Shown here: positions 11,856 to 26,577 of the stretch, piece by piece
Numbering within the stretch: position 1 is the first letter of the stretch
Layout: each line of letters opens with the position of its first letter
Assembly (NCBI RefSeq): GCF_963921235.1
Contig: NC_086097.1
Span: 85,934,001 to 85,998,000 of the forward strand
Direction of reading: 5' to 3'
Length of the DNA: 64,000 nucleotides
Source of the DNA: Mobula hypostoma
Taxonomy: Eukaryota
The notes under the pieces: generated by a model
What the model was told of the DNA's origin: nothing
Database searches by the model: none
Seen by the model: the letters and a program-made list of their open reading frames with translations, nothing else
Made by a program: the position numbers and the translations under genes

Positions 11856-14314
11856 TAAGGGAGAGTTCGTTTTTTTTTTACTTTCGAAAGAGAAGAAGGG
11901 GTTAACACCATTCGCTGTCTCTTAGCAGAATGTTTTGGCTTTCTCAAGCTAGAAGCAGCGAACATGGAAATCACAATCGAAGACAGTTAAGCGAACGCAG
12001 TGAGATGAGAGACGAACCGAACTGCACATTTTTGTTGGTATCTCGCTCCACCTGTTCCTTTACCCTTTGATCATCCATACTGTCTTGGGTGTTAACATTT
12101 GCAAATGGGATTTGCTGAGATCTTATATTATGGAAATAGTGACATCACAGTGTAGATTAGTGCAAGGTTTAGTGATACAGACCATTACAAATGATCCACC
12201 AGGATGTTATTCAGTGAAATATTCCTCACCACGTGAACGTCCTTATCAAATACTGATAAATGCATCAATGTCAGAGGAAACAGCAATTTCTCTGTCAAGA
12301 GCAAACACGTTATTATAAATTTATGAATCAAGCACAAGTTTGAGTTTGGACTGCTTGGCTCAGTATTTAAGTTCTATCATTTCATCATGAATGTTTTTGA
12401 AGGGTGCCTGTTGAAGGGTCCCTGTTGACTTGTGGTACCAGCATCAACTAGTGATATGGACCCTAAAACAATTTACAACACCCAGAGCTTAAGCAGGACA
12501 GGCGACCCATGCAGCAGGCATAAGGGAACGGTTGTCAAGATCTCACTGCTTTTAAGCACAGGGCTTAAAGCCTTTGCCCATCCATAATGTTTTTGCATAT
12601 CTTTTGGGTAAGGGAAAGGTTTGCTGCAGTATGATATGTATGAGGCCTACATTCTGAGCCATTGCTATTCACTAAACACAGTCTGTATTTTCTATGTTAT
12701 GAATATTTCAGAAGAATATATTAATGAAAGACCTAAAGGTCTTTGAAGAAAGTGGAAAAATCTGAAAGATATATTAGATCAAAAAGCTGGTAGCTTTTAG
12801 CATTTAATGTGTTTATGACTCAATATCAACATTTAAAATAAGCAGTTAATGGTTGCATATAAATTCACATGATGTCAAGCGGAGATCATGAATTAATCGG
12901 TGTCATAGTTTGCATACAAAATAAATACATTAGCACAGTGCAGGGAAGCTTCAGCCTGATCACACGAAGCTCTGAAACATAATTGGAAAAATTGTCTCAA
13001 TTTTCTGTAGTGATAGTAATAATTATACATGAGACCATTAGGAGTGTGAAAGGTAGTTGTGAGGTGGCCAGCCATTCATTCATCCATCAAAGAAATGGTT
13101 GACCTATAAATTAGGCACTGCATGAAGGTTTCAAGCCAGCTTGTGCACATCAGAGATTTTCTTCTTCTAGCTGCCGCAGTTTTGTACTAAAAGCTGTTTC
13201 AAGTACATATTTCATGTAAGGCTTGGGGCATTCTGCACTATAATGCAATTTGAAGAAAAAGCCTTATTGATCTCCAACATTATGCAAAATGTGTGGCCAC
13301 TTTACCTTGTTTTGCTGTAAGGCGATGAAGCAAGGTAAAGAAATTTTCCAAGTCTGCAAATGGAGGAGTGCATGATGGTCTACAGTATTTAGTAAAATGG
13401 GAATGTCATCAGCTGATGCCTTTCTGCTACAACATGCAAAAGGTGAAGTGACATGAAATTGTTAAGAATGCCTTGTAATCGCAGTCGGTTCTGAAAGACG
13501 TCATGAGAAGTTGGAGAATTCCAAAATTGGTCTGCTTTTCTATATGCAGTAAAGCACCATAAATTAAAATATAATAGTTAATAATAGAATATTATTGGAA
13601 CTAATTTAACATTATGATGCTATATCTTAGTGTGCACTGCATGTAAATCTATTATAGTAAACTGCATGTTGTGATATTTAACTGACTCATGTTCTTTCTG
13701 TGTGTAGAAGTGCTTAGAATGGAGACAAGATAGCTAATGCAGTTATTCGTTATTTCTTGAGGTCATTTAAAAAGACTCCGGACTGTTCTAAATTTAGAAC
13801 AGCCCTGCCTTGTGAGGTCAAGGGACTACAAATTGAAAGAGGTGTATCTCAAATGGCAGAACTAACATTAGTTCTTTTGTAGTTTTCCTGAAATTTAATT
13901 GGAAAGATTGTGAGGCCAACTTTGGGTGGAGGTTTGGATCTGCTGAAGGCTAGTGTGGTTTCTCCATCTGCACCATTTCATGACTTTGATATATACTTGC
14001 ATTTGTAACTTTGATTGATTTTTCCGAGAGGATGTTGATGATATTATTGGGGCAAATAGTCATCAGGGATTTTGCTCTGACCTCTGTTGGAAGTGTTGTG
14101 TGTAGTGATTGAGTAATCAGAAGAGATATCAAGCTTTTGTGATCCAGCAGACATTGTGTGCCCTTGAAAGGTAAACTGTGCTTTACAATTAACAGCTGGT
14201 AAATTGATTTATTATTGTCATATATACAGTGAAGACTTTGTTTTGCATGCCATCCATAGAGATTATTTAATCACATCAGTGCAAGGGAATAGTACAAAGT
14301 AGTACAATAGCAGA

Positions 14315-14883
14315 ATGCCGGAGCACCGCAAAAAGCAGAATTTCCTAGTGGCCAACCATTTTAATTCCAATCTCCATTCCCATTCCGGGATGTCAGTCCA
14401 CGGCCTCCTCTCCGGCCACGATGAGGCCATTCTCAGGGTGGAGGAGCAGCACTCCATATTCTGTCTGAGTAGCCTCCAACCTGATGATATGAACATCATT
14501 TTCACCAACTTTTAGTAATTTTAGCCCCTCTCCCTTCTCTCCTTCAGTTCCTTGCTCTGATTCCCCCCCCCCTTTACCTCTTCTTGCTGCCTATCACCTT
14601 TTCTGGTGCTCCTTCTTTCCTTTCTCCAAGTCCACTCTTCTCTCCCTATCAGATTCCTTCTTCTCCAGCATTCTGCCTTTTCCACCTGTCACCTTACTTC
14701 TCACTTAATCCCCCCCTCCTTCACCCGCCTGGCTCCACCTTCAAGCTTGTTTTCATTTTCGGGATTCTTCCCCCTTCCTTCCTAGTCCTGATGAAGGGTC
14801 TCGGCCCGAAATACTGACTGTTTATTCCTCTCCATAGATCCTGCCTGACCTTCTGAATTCCTCCAGCATATTGTGTGTGTTGC
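14315..14883 (+). mobile_element. PLE 3' fragment with hammerhead-like motif at 14784-14819 (cleavage-site region mutated)
   Basis: ORF VANHFNS...EEQHSIFCLSSLQP; AGTC-CTGATGA-AGGGTCTCGGCCC-GAAA-TACT-GACT. Confidence 0.85.
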
Positions 14884-16212
14884 TGAGAATGCAGAATAAA
14901 GTGTTACAGTTACAGAGTACACTGAAGACAGGCAAGAAGATGCAAGGCCTTAATGAGGTGGATTGTGAGAGCAAGAGACCATCTTACCATACTAGGGAAA
15001 CATTCAATAGTCTTATATTTGCAAATAAACTAAAATTTGATCACGGAAATTAAGCTGTTTGGAAAATGGAAGAACTGAATTGCTTTATAACACATTAATA
15101 TTTCTTCGATATTGATTTTCCCTTGTAAGAAATTATCACCTTTTAAAATACCTTGCTTCCATTTCATTTGCTCATTGTTATTTTCTTTCAATATAACTTG
15201 ATTTCTATTTACCCTGATTCTCAATTCATTTCTTTGCCTGCACTCTGTAAACTCACCTCATGTTTTTCATTGTGGCTTAATATCCATCGCAATTCACTCC
15301 AAATATTTATTGGCCGGCATCATGGGAGAACAGTCAGAGATAATGTGATATGTTTAGCATGAGAGCATCAGCAGAAATAAAAACTGGCTCTGTTGGCCAC
15401 TGAATGATAGTGCAGTTCATTTGCCAGATATTCATACTGAAATGCTGTGATCTGAAATCTCTATAAGAGTCTAATAGGTTGCACGTGCCTGTGGTGTTGG
15501 GTCAGAATGGAAACAGGATTTGGTGAAGTTAGAAAAAAAATCATACATTAGAGGACTTTCTAATGCCATAGCAAAGTTACTAGTTGATGTGGTCAGCAAG
15601 ATTTCACTAGATGGGGCTCTTGTGTCAGACAGTTCTTTCCATATAATGCTGCAGACATCTGGCAGCCTGATGTCTCCATAGACATTAGCAGAGTGAAAGA
15701 GGCTGCTGGTTTTTGTACCCTGAGGGTTGGTTTATCAGTACACCATTGATATTAGGCGCTCTTGCTATTACACTGTTATTTTCTCGCTGCAAGGCCCACC
15801 TCATGATCACTCAAAGTGGCGATACAGTTTAAAGCACAAATCGTTACAAATATTGAAACAACATCAATAGCTGGCTTTTTCATGCCATCTTCACCATGGG
15901 AAGATCTCCCAAAGCACTTCCCAGGAGAATTCTCAAACAATGTTTGATACTGAACTATACAGAGTAATCTTAGGACAGGTAGCAAAACGCTTAGTCAAAG
16001 TAATATGTACTGTAGTTTTAGTTTAGAGGTACCTGAGAGGAGATTTAAAAATGCAGACACATGAACTTAGGACACCTTAAGTGCCAATGGAGGAATAGTT
16101 TAAATTTGAGCTTGTGCAAGCAGCCAGAACCGGTGCAGCATGATTATGTGGCGTGTCAGCCGAGGTGGGGACGGGCAAGACCAGGTAAGGATTTGAAAAC
16201 GAGTGTGAATAT

Positions 16213-16640
16213 TCACGCCCATCATGGGCACTAGCCTCCGTAGTGTCCAGGACATCTTTAAGGTGCGATGCCTCAAAAAGGCAGCGTCCATCATTAAAGA
16301 CCCCTATCACCCAGGTCATGCCTTGTTCTCTTTGCTACCATCAGGGAGGAGGTGCGGAAGCCTGAAGGCACACTCAGTGACACAGGAACCGCTTCTTCCC
16401 CTTTGCCATCCGATTTCTGAATGGACATTGAACCTGTCAATATGACCTCGCTACTTTTATATTTCTGTTTTTGCACTACTTATTTAACTATTTACTATAT
16501 ATACGCACACACTGTAATTCACACCTTTTTTTTTGCTTTTTCCTATTATTATGTATTGCATTGTGCTACTGCCACAAAGACAATAAATTTCACGACATAT
16601 GCTAGTGATATTAAACTGGCAAATTCTGATTCTGATCCTG
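16213..16640 (+). mobile_element. Rex1/Babar LINE 3' fragment
   Basis: RCLKKAASIIKDPYHPGHALFSLLPSGRR; tail TCTGATTCTGAT. Confidence 0.85.
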
Positions 16641-16852
16641 ATATTTAAATGTTTTGGATTAGGACCCTGATGTCTGTCACAGAGTTCAAGTTCAAGTTTA
16701 TCTTCACCGGTATACACATCCAGGTTATAAACACCATGAAAACTAGTTTTACTGCAACAGCAAAGTACATTTCAAACATAACAGACATAAATTTCACAAA
16801 CTTAAATTAACAAATTATAGATAACTTATATGACACAACAAAGCAAAAGTAA

Positions 16853-16906
16853 CTATATATACATACACACACACACACACATATATATATGTATATATAT
16901 ATATAA

Positions 16907-16948
<42 letters not shown>
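16853..16948. repeat. (TA)n/(CA)n microsatellite
   Basis: Directly visible. Confidence 0.95.
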
Positions 16949-16951
<3 letters not shown>

Positions 16952-17700
16952 AACAAGTGCTCAGGGTGCTATGTCAGGAAAGAACGAATCAAGACATTGG
17001 AATCAGTGGACTGAATTTTTCCCCTTGGAGAGAAAGCCAGATAGGAAGGTGGGCAGTTCACCCAGGAAGGGCTATCCCACGCAGGAAGACTGACCAGTCA
17101 TACCCTTTCAACATTTAAAAATGTTACGTTCTAATGTAGTGTGAAGGTCATTTACCCTAACCCTAATGCCTTCATCTTAGAAATATTTTTGCTGTGTTTT
17201 ATTAAGACAAATTGTTTAAGTTGCTGGGTGTGTGCAGTAAGAAACAACGAAATAGGTTTGCTTTCTTGTTGGTACACTCATGTTTCCATGGTGACTGGCT
17301 ATCAGTCAAAGTTGTGACAAAGCTACTATTTTGTAGGATTTTATCATTATAGATTTGGAGGTTTCCAATTAATTCTGGGCGGTAGAAGATTCAAGTTTTC
17401 AAGCTGTCACATTCAAGTAACAACGTGTGAGATTCTGAGCATCATTGCTTTAATACCTGACCAGATTAATGAAGCGCTGAAGCTTTACTATATGTCATAG
17501 CCATCGTCTTTGAAATATTGGGCAACCAGTTCGAAAATACCTTGACAAGATGCTGTAAAATATGATGTTTTTAGGTCTTTAATGAAAGCTTTACTTTCAA
17601 TTTAGTTGAAACTCCAGTCACATGTATTTAAACAATTACTGATGCATTGCAATTTTGATCAAAGGAACCAGTGGCATCAAAGAACTGAGCAGACAGAATA

Positions 17701-19181
17701 CAGGTTGAGTAGCCCTTCTCCTAAATGCTTCCAGCCAGATGTGTTTTGGATTTCCAATTTTTTCAGATTTTGGAATACGTAAGTTCAAGTTGAAGTTTAA
17801 TTGTCATTCAACCATATGTGAATACAGTACTCATGAATACAGCCAAACAAAACAGCATTGTTCTGGGGCCAAGGTGCAAAACACAATGCCGACAATTATA
17901 CACAGCGCAAAGCACATATAGCACACATAAGACAGCAAGCACATATAAATATCAGTAACATACAGTTGCACAAAAAAAAATATAGTCCATTATCCTGTGT
18001 CCCATGAAAGTTGTGGCAGTCTGCAGTTGAACACAATACAGCTTGTCTTCTGTCAAATGGACACTGGGGGCAGCACTGACTCCAGCTTGGATGCCATGCC
18101 ACACCGCCTGCGATGGAGTGCACTGTCTCCGATGCCTCTCTCCTGGGTGTCTGTAAACAGGCATCACTGCTGCTCGGGGCCTGGTCCTTGCATTGACCAA
18201 GGCCACACAGTTCCCTCACCATCTGCCCCTGCAGTCCACCAATAAGTTAGTGAATTGGACTTTCAGCATTTCATATTAACAATGTCCAACAGGGTGTTGC
18301 GATCACAGGAGAAGCAACTATGATGATCACACTATTAAACTGCACACTGCCTTCACGCACCAACTTCTCCAACGCCCCTCTGGCACAGACAGAAGTACAA
18401 TCCACACCAAGTCCAGCTCCTTCGGTTTCTCTGCCAACGAGCTACTCACTCGCGTGGTAGACCCGCAGTACTTTAAATTTTTAATTTCTAGCAAGGTCTT
18501 GCAATCATAAAAACATATTTTAAAAGGACAATAACACTCTTGGTTGGCCCCGTAGAAGCCACTGCAATCAAATGCACCGCCGTCTTATCGGAAGCTAATG
18601 AGATCTAATGAGATAGCTTGGGATCGCCATCATTCCCGACTCTGAATTTACGTACTACCGATACGCAGTGTTTGTTTTACACTAGTTTATCACGTATGCA
18701 CTGATGCAGCCATATAGTGCATTAGATTTTCATCAGCGATGATCTTGGGAAACACATCAATAAATTCCTCTGCTGTTTCGTGATCAGCGGATGTTTTATC
18801 ACCATATTTCTTTAACAATTTAATGTTGTATTTCTGCAACCAGCCTGCTTAATCTTCACAATTGCCTTCAATTTTCGGCTTGTCATGATATATCTTTGTT
18901 TGTTTCATGATCAGCATACCATTAAGTTGCATATGTTCACTCCAATGCTGATGAATCCACTCTTTCAATGCACAGTCGAGATCTTTTTTCGCTTTATGCA
19001 GTGTTTTTTCTTCACTTCTGTTCATTGCATACGTGAGGTCACTTCTCAGAACTGTCTGTGATGCGCAGAGACCTGTGCATCGTCTGGGAACCTTCCCAGT
19101 GCCTTGTGGAATTTTCCATTTGTGACGTCATGTCTGCGCTCAACAGAATTTTGGATTTTGGAATTTTGGATTAGGGATACT
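17701..19181 (-). mobile_element. Tigger/pogo DNA transposon, interrupted at 17781-18594
   Basis: TA|CAGGTTGAGTAGCCCTT TIR at 17701. Minus-strand jerky/Tigger-like remnant (GDKTSADHETAEEFID) at ~18740-19000. Degenerate opposite end near 19150-19181. Confidence 0.75.
17781..18594 (-). mobile_element. Non-coding LINE-derived element inserted in the Tigger copy
   Basis: On the minus strand it starts CTTCCGATAAGACGGCGG and ends GACAATTAAACTTCAACTTGAACTT; Tigger sequence resumes on both sides. Confidence 0.6.
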
Positions 19182-19199
19182 AAAAGAGAAACAGCTGAG

Positions 19200-21970
19200 A
19201 GATGATCTGTTGGTTGATACCACCTCTGATCACCTGGCTGTACTTCTACTCCCAGCAGAGAATAAAGAACACAGTACTAGTAGTGAGAAGCAAAAAGATA
19301 TGGTCAAGGGAGGTGGAGGAACACTTACAAGACTGGACAATATTCATGGACTCATCAACTCATCATTGTCACCAATTTCATCAATACCTATGTGGATGTG
19401 TGTGTGCCTTCAAGAACATACTGGACATACTCAAATGAGCTGTGGATGAACCAGAAGATTTGTAGTCTGCTGAGGACGAGACCTGTGGTATTCAACACCA
19501 GTGATCAGAATTGTACAAGGTCTCCAGGTATGACCAATAGAAGACTACTTTAAGGGCTAGAAAACAATTCCAATTGAAGTTAGAGATTGAATTGGATGTA
19601 TATCAGCTCTTTCAGAGTTTGCAGGCCATTACTTCCTACAAAGTGAAACTTAACATCATGAATGACTGTAATGCTTCACTCCCAGATGAGCTCAAAACCT
19701 TTTATGCACACTTTGATAGGAAGAATAAAACAACACCAATGTTAATCCCTGCAGCATCTCTGTCTCAGAGGCTGATGTCAGAACATCTTTCAAGAAGGTG
19801 ATCTCTCACAAGACGTCAGGCCCTGCTGATGTATCTGGTAGGGCTCTGAAAAACTGTGCCAATCATCTGGTTCAAGGACATCTTCAGTCTCTCACTGCTG
19901 TAGTCGGAGGTTCCCACCTGCTTGAAAAGGGTGACAATCATACAGTGCCCAAGAAGACCAGGGTGAGCACCCTCAAGGACTGTTGCCCAGTGGCACACAC
20001 ATCTACTGAATCTGCTGCCATTTGCCTATTGTCACAACAGGGCTACAGCAGATGCAACCTCACCGGCTTTCCACTTGGCCTTGGGTCACCTGGACAATAC
20101 TAGTACCTACATCAGGCTGCTGTTTACTGATTACTGCTCAGCGTTCAACACAGTCATACCCTCAGTTCTAGTTAACAAGCTCCAAAACCTGGGCCTCTGT
20201 ACCTCCCTCTGTGACTGGATCATTGACTTCCTCACCTGGAGACCACAGACTGTGCAGTTTGGAAAGACCATCTCCTCCTATGCTGACAATCAACACTGCG
20301 CACCTGAAAGATTCGTGTTTAGCCCATTGCTCTACCCTCTCTGCAGACACAATTGTGTGGCTAGGCAGAGCTCAAATGAAATTTGTAAATGTGCTGAAAC
20401 AACTATTGTTGGCGGAATTTCAGGTGGCGACGAGGAGGAGTACAGGAGCGAGATAGGTCAGCTAGTTGGGAGGTGTGACACATCAACCTTGCACTCAACA
20501 TCGGTAAGACCAAGGAATTGATTGTGGACTTCAGGAAGGGGAAGTCGAGGGAGCACGCACCAGTCCTCACTGGGGGATCAGAAATGGAAAAGGAGAGCAG
20601 GGTTGTTCCTGGGTGTCAGTATTTCTGATGATCTGTTCCAGGTGTGTATTTCATTAGGGGTTTGAGGAGAATTGGTATGTCATCAAAGACACTCACACAT
20701 TTTTGCAGATGATTTCTACAGTGGAGAGCATCCTAACTGGTTGCATCACCGTCTTGTATGGAGGTGACACTGCACAGGTTTGGAAAAAGCTGCAGAAAGT
20801 TTTAAACTCAGCCAGCTCCATCATGGGCACTAGTCTCCCCAGCACCAGGACACTTCCCAATTGCACGACCCAATTTACATCAGTGGTGCGCAAGTAGAAC
20901 AGGTCAAAAGCTTTAAGTTCCTCGGGGTCAATATCACAAGTGACCTGACTTGGTCCAACCAAGCAGAGTTCGCTGCCAAGAAGGCCACCCAGTGCCTTTA
21001 CTTCCTCAGAAGACTAAAGAAATTTGGCCTGTCCCCTAAAATCCTCACTAATTTTTATAGATGCACTGCAAAAAGCATTCTTCTAGGGTGCATCACAACC
21101 TGGTATGGAAGTTGTCCTGTCCAAGACTGAAAGAAGCTGCAGAAGATCGTGAACACGGTGCAGCACATCACACAAACCAATCTTCCGTCCTTTGACTCAC
21201 TTTACACCGCACGCTGTCGGAGCAGTGCTGCCAGGATAATCAAGGACACGACCCACCCAGCCAACACACTTTTTGTCCCTTTTCCCTCCGGGAGAAGGTT
21301 CAGGAGCTTGAAGACTCGTACGGCCAGATTTGGGAACAGCTTCTTTCCAACTGTGATAAGACTGCTGAACGGATCCTGACCCGGATCTGGGCCGTATCCT
21401 CCAAATATCCGGACCTGCCTCTCGGTTTTTTTGCACTACCTTACTTTCCATTTTCTATTTTCTATTTATGATTTATAATTTAAATTTTTAATATTTACTA
21501 ATTTTTACTATTTCTAATATTTAATATTTGTAATCCAGGGAGCGGGAAGCGCAGAATCAAATATCGCTGTGATGATTGTACATTCTAGTATCAATGGTTT
21601 GGTGACAATAAAGTATAAAGTACTTCCAAAAGGTGATGTCTCACACGGCAGCATCCATCATTAAGGACCCCATCACCCGGGACATACACTCTTCTCATTG
21701 CTACCATCAAGGAAGAGGTACAGGAGCCTGAAAGCACACATTCAACAATTGAGGAACAGCTTCTTCCCCTCTGCCATCAGATTTCTGAATGGACTATGAA
21801 CCTATGTACAATGCCTCATTATTTTCCCACTCTTTTTGCATTGCTTATTTAATTAAATTTTCTTTTTTATATATACTTATTGTAATTTATAGTTTTTATT
21901 ATTATGTATTGAAAAATACTGCAAATTTCATGACATATGCCAGGGACATTAAATCTGAATCTGATTCTAA
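19200..21970 (+). mobile_element. Rex1/Babar LINE, decayed ORF2 to 3' tail
   Basis: HLDNTSTYIRLLFTDYCSAFNTVIPSVLVNKLQNLGLCTSLCDWIIDFL; tail AATCTGAATCTGATTCT. Confidence 0.88.
20861..21621 (+). mobile_element. Younger Rex1-type 3' fragment nested in the older Rex1
   Basis: ORFs 20861-21130 and 21149-21379 (FKFLGVNITSDLTWS, PSGRRFRSLKTRTARFGNSFFP). Flanked by ACTTCCCAA (20852-20860) and ACTTCCAAA (21622-21630). Confidence 0.85.
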
Positions 21971-24085
21971 TTGAAGGGAGAGGAGGAAATCGGAATTTTC
22001 TTTTGATTATGTCTTGGGAGTCAAACGGTGTTGCAGGTTCAAATAACTCAGGGAGGAAAAGTTTTAGGGTTAATATTAAAGAATTATTCATGTAACAATA
22101 TTTCCTCTATTGAATAGATTTTCAGGCTGATTTATTGGGGAGAGGATTCTGAAAAGATTTAGATAACGATTGAAGGCTGCAATAAAGAGTATTTAGGATC
22201 TTTCTTGATGAATGGATTCAGATGCTTGGGATGACCTTCACTCATAATGATCTTACATGGAAGTATATGATTAGGCCACACGTTGGAACTGTGAGAGGTA
22301 ATAGTTGGAACAGGTGGTGGTTCGCAGTCTCTAGTGTGGAATGGTTATGGAGAGAAAAGAAGAAACAAGCCGGGATGAACAGAAAGAGAAACCAAGAGAA
22401 GGGAAGCTGTATCATGAAATTGTTGGATTTTTAAAAAACTCTTTCTCTTTCACTTCAGTCCCTGAGGGAACGAGTTAGCCATGTTTTACCCCGTCTGGGC
22501 TATATATGATTCGAGGCCTCCGGAGAGGGTGAGCATGGAGCCTGAATGTACTGGAGCTGCTGAAGCACAATGTTTGGACTGGGATGTGGGAGTGGGCAGT
22601 ATCTGCTTGCTGAACCCAGAGCCACTCACATCCCAGAAATGAATAAATGAGAAAAAATATTCCAAAAATGAAATAGCTGAGAATCAAGAAAGGGTAGAGT
22701 TAACATTTTGTTTATTAAACTGAATTGCAGCAATCAGTGGGAAATGGTAGCAACAGCAGCAGCAGTCACAGCTTGGCATCAGCGATTTTTGTCCACAGCA
22801 CATGCCATGGGGAAGATGTTAGCCAGCTCCTCAGTCCGTTCTGTGAAGATGGGGGCATGGCTGCAGTTTACAGCCTCAAGTTACTTTCTCCTGATTGCTC
22901 CTTCATATCAGCCGTGCAGCTGTATCTCGGAGTTTCACTACTGAGTCGCTTGTCACTTCCTGGAATCCAGCCTATTCCACTTAAAAGGGCACCTGTTCAG
23001 TGCATGTCTCATTAATTTTGGCAGAATGCTGATCTTGTTAAGTGGATAATGTTCCTTCATGAAGTGAGAACCATTTGCAGCACATTAAACCAATGCGGCA
23101 ATATTGAAAGCTTCTCTTGTTTCCTTTTGAAAATTCCTCTTTTTATCACTCTTCTAAAGCTGTCATTTTAACCGCTGTAAGTTATTGTCATTTTAATTGC
23201 CTGTTTAAAGCACTTGTAGAAATCCAAGTTGTCAACAACGCCGACTTTAGTGACAGAGCAGGAGAGCTGAAGGACGAAAGAGTTTTAGTTATAAACACAA
23301 GATATTCTGCAGGTGCTGGAGAAGCTCAGGGAGTCAGGCATTTCCCATGAAGGGGAATAAACAGTTGACCAAGGCCCTTCATCAGCGTTCTTGAATTTAC
23401 CTGAATTCTCCCCTACCTCAACAGCAGATTTTCTTGGTGTGAAAGGAAGCCACATGGATCAAGATGGTTGCCATATTTTTATCCCATTCTGATCTCCTGA
23501 ATTAGACAATCTCACCAGTTCAACATTTATAGCTGGTCACAGAAATGGACAAGGTAATTTTGTTGGGATGCCTGCTGTTAATCATTATGGATTAATCCTG
23601 ATTGGAAGAGTACAAGTACGCAGTGGGCTGTCATCCATTACCCAGGCTCACTTGTCTGGTTTGCAGGAAGATCGGTGCTTTCTATGTGGCTGCGTTTGAC
23701 TAGATATGGATGTGGAACCAGGTGGGTATTGAGCCAGTCAGTACTTCTGGATTCCAATACACCAATTTGTTAGATTATTCCCTAGTGAGGAAAGAAAGAT
23801 CATTTATAGATCCATTTATCTGGAGTCAAGAAAAGTCTGAAAGTAAATATAGCAAATGGGAAATGACCAACGAAAGACAGGAGAGAGGAAAGAAAAGTGG
23901 AACAAAATAAGTTCACTTTTGAAGGAGAAACAAGACTTGGCTGCCAGAGTTTAGATTAGCAATACACAACTATACATCAGATTATGTAAACAACAGGAAT
24001 TCAGCAGATGCTGGAAATTCAAGCAACACACATCAAAGTTGCTGGTGAACGCAGCAGGCCAGGCAGCATCTGTAGGAAGAGGTGC

Positions 24086-24121
24086 AGTCAACGTTTCAGG
24101 CCGAGACCCTTCGTCAAGACT
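24086..24121 (-). ncRNA. Hammerhead ribozyme copy with a core C3-to-U change (probably inactive)
   Basis: Reverse complement AGTC-TTGACGA-AGGGTCTCGGCCT-GAAA-CGTT-GACT. Confidence 0.7.
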
Positions 24122-26541
24122 AACTGAAGGAAGAGTGAGTAAGGGATTTGAAAGTTGGAGGGGGAGGGGGAGATCCAAAATGATAGGAGAAGACAGGAGG
24201 GGGAGGGATAGAGCCAAGAGCTGGACAGGTGATTGGCAAAAGGGGATACGAGAGGATCATGGGACAGGAGGTCCAGGAAGAAAGACAAGGGGGGGGGACC
24301 CAGAGGATGGGCAAGAGGTATATTCAGAGGGACAGAGGGAGAAAAAGGAGAGTGAGAGAAAGAATGTGTGCATAAAAATAAGTAACAGATGGGGTACGAG
24401 GGGGAGGTGGGGCCTTAGCGGAAGTTAGGGAAGTCGATGTTCATGCCATCAGGTTGGAGGCTACCCAGACAGAATATAAGGTGTTGTTCCTCCAACCTGA
24501 GTGTGGCTTCATCTTTACAGTAGAGGAGGCCGTGGATAGACATGTCAGAATGGGAATGGGATGTGGAATTAAAATGTGTGGCCACTGGGAGATCCTGCTT
24601 TCTCTGGCGGACAGAGCGTAGATGTTCAGCAAAGCGGTCTCCCAGTCTGCGTCGGGTCTCGCCAATATATAAAAGGCCACATCGGGAGCACCGGACGCAG
24701 TATATCACCCCAGTCGACTCACAGGTGAAGTGTTGCCTCACCTGGAAGGACTGTTTGGGGCCCTGAATGGTGGTAAGGGAGGAAGTGTAAGGGCATGTGT
24801 AGCACTTGTTCCGCTTACACGGATAAGTGCCAGGAGGGAGATCAGTGGGGAGGGATGGGGGGGATGAATGGACAAGGGAGTTGCGTAGGGAGCGATCCCT
24901 GCGGAATGCAGAGAGGGGGGGAAGGGAAAGATGTGCTTAGTGGTGGGATCCCGTTGGAGGTGGCGGAAGTTATGGAGAATAATATGTTTTGCTCCGTCTA
25001 GCGGAATTAGTCCTTACTCTTAATAATTTCTCCTTTGGCTCCTCCCACTTCCTCCAAACTAAAGGTGTAGCTATGGGCACCCGTATGGGTCCTAGCTATG
25101 CCTGCCTTTTTGTTGGGTTTGTGGAATAATCTATGTTCCGTGCCTATTCTGGTATCTGTCCCCCACTTTTCCTTTGCTACATCGACGACTGCATTGGCGC
25201 TGCTTCCTGCACGCATGCAGAACTCGTTGACTTTATTAACTTTGCCTCCAGCTTTCACCCTGCCCTCAAGTTTACCTGGTCCATTTCCGACACCTCCCTC
25301 CCCTTTCTAGATCTTTCTGTCTCTGTCTCTGGAGACAGCTTATCCACTGATGTCTACTATAAGTCTACTGACTCTCACAGCTATCTGGACTATTCCTCTT
25401 CTCACCCTGTCTCTTGCAAAAACGCCATCCCCTTCTCGCAATTCCTCCGTCTCCGCCGCATCTGCTCTCAGGATGAGGCTTTTCATTCTAGGACGAGGGA
25501 GATGTCTTCCTTTTCTAAAGAAAGGGGCTTCCCTTCCTCCACTATCAACTCTGCTCTTAAACGCATCTCCCCCATTTCACGTACATCTGCTCTCACTCCA
25601 TCCTCCCGCCACCCCACTAGGAATAGGGTTCCCCTGGTCCTCACCTACCACCCCACCAGCCTCCGGGTCCAACATATTATTCTCCGTAACTTCCGCCACC
25701 TCCAACGGTATCACACCACTAAGCACATTTTTCCCTCCCCCCCTCTCTCTGCATTCCGCAGGGATCGCTCCCTACGCAACTCCCTTGTCCATTCGTCCCC
25801 CCCATCCCTCCCCACTGATCTCCCTCCTGGCACTTATCCATGTAAGCGGAACAAGTGCTACACATGCCCTTACACTTCCTCCCTTACCACCATTCAGGGC
25901 CCCAAACAGTCCTTCCAGGTGAGGCAACACTTCACCTGTGAGTCGACTGGGGTGATATACTGCGTCCGGTGCTCCCGATGTGGCCTTTTATATATTGGCG
26001 AGACCTGACGCAGACTGGGAGACCGCTTTGCTGAACATCTACGCTCTGTCTGCCAGAGAAAGCAGGATCTCCCAGTGGCCACACATTTTAATTCCACATC
26101 CCATTCCCATTCTGACATGTCTATCCACGGCCTCCTCTACTGTAAAGATGAAGCCACACTCAGGTTGGAGGAACAACACCTTATATTCTGTCTGGGTAGC
26201 CTCCAACCTGATGGCATGAACATCGACTTCCCTAACTCCCGCTAAGGCCCCACCTCCCCCTCGTACCCCATCTGTTACTTATTTTTATGCACACATTCTT
26301 TCTCTCACTCTTCTTTTTCTCCCTCTGTCCCTCTGAATATACCTCTTGCCCATCCTCTGGGTCCCCCCCCCCGCCTTGTCTTTCTTCCCGGACCTCCTGT
26401 CCCATGAACCTCTCGTATCCCTTTTGCCTATCACCTGTCCAGCTCTTGGCTCCATCCCTCCCCCTCCTGTCTTCTCTTATCATTCTGGATCTCCCCCTCC
26501 CCCTCCAACTTTCAAATCCCTTACTCACTCTTCCTTCAGTA

Positions 26542-26577
26542 AGTCCTGACGAAGGGTCTCGGCCTGAAACGTTGACT
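26542..26577 (+). ncRNA. Minimal type I hammerhead ribozyme, intact core
   Basis: AGTC-CTGACGA-AGGGTCTCGGCCT-GAAA-CGTT-GACT. Confidence 0.85.

Noticed and set aside
26006..26008. TGA in the PLE GIY-YIG as selenocysteine recoding
   Set aside because: The inverted arm and the 33-kb copy have CGA (Arg) here, so it is CpG decay.
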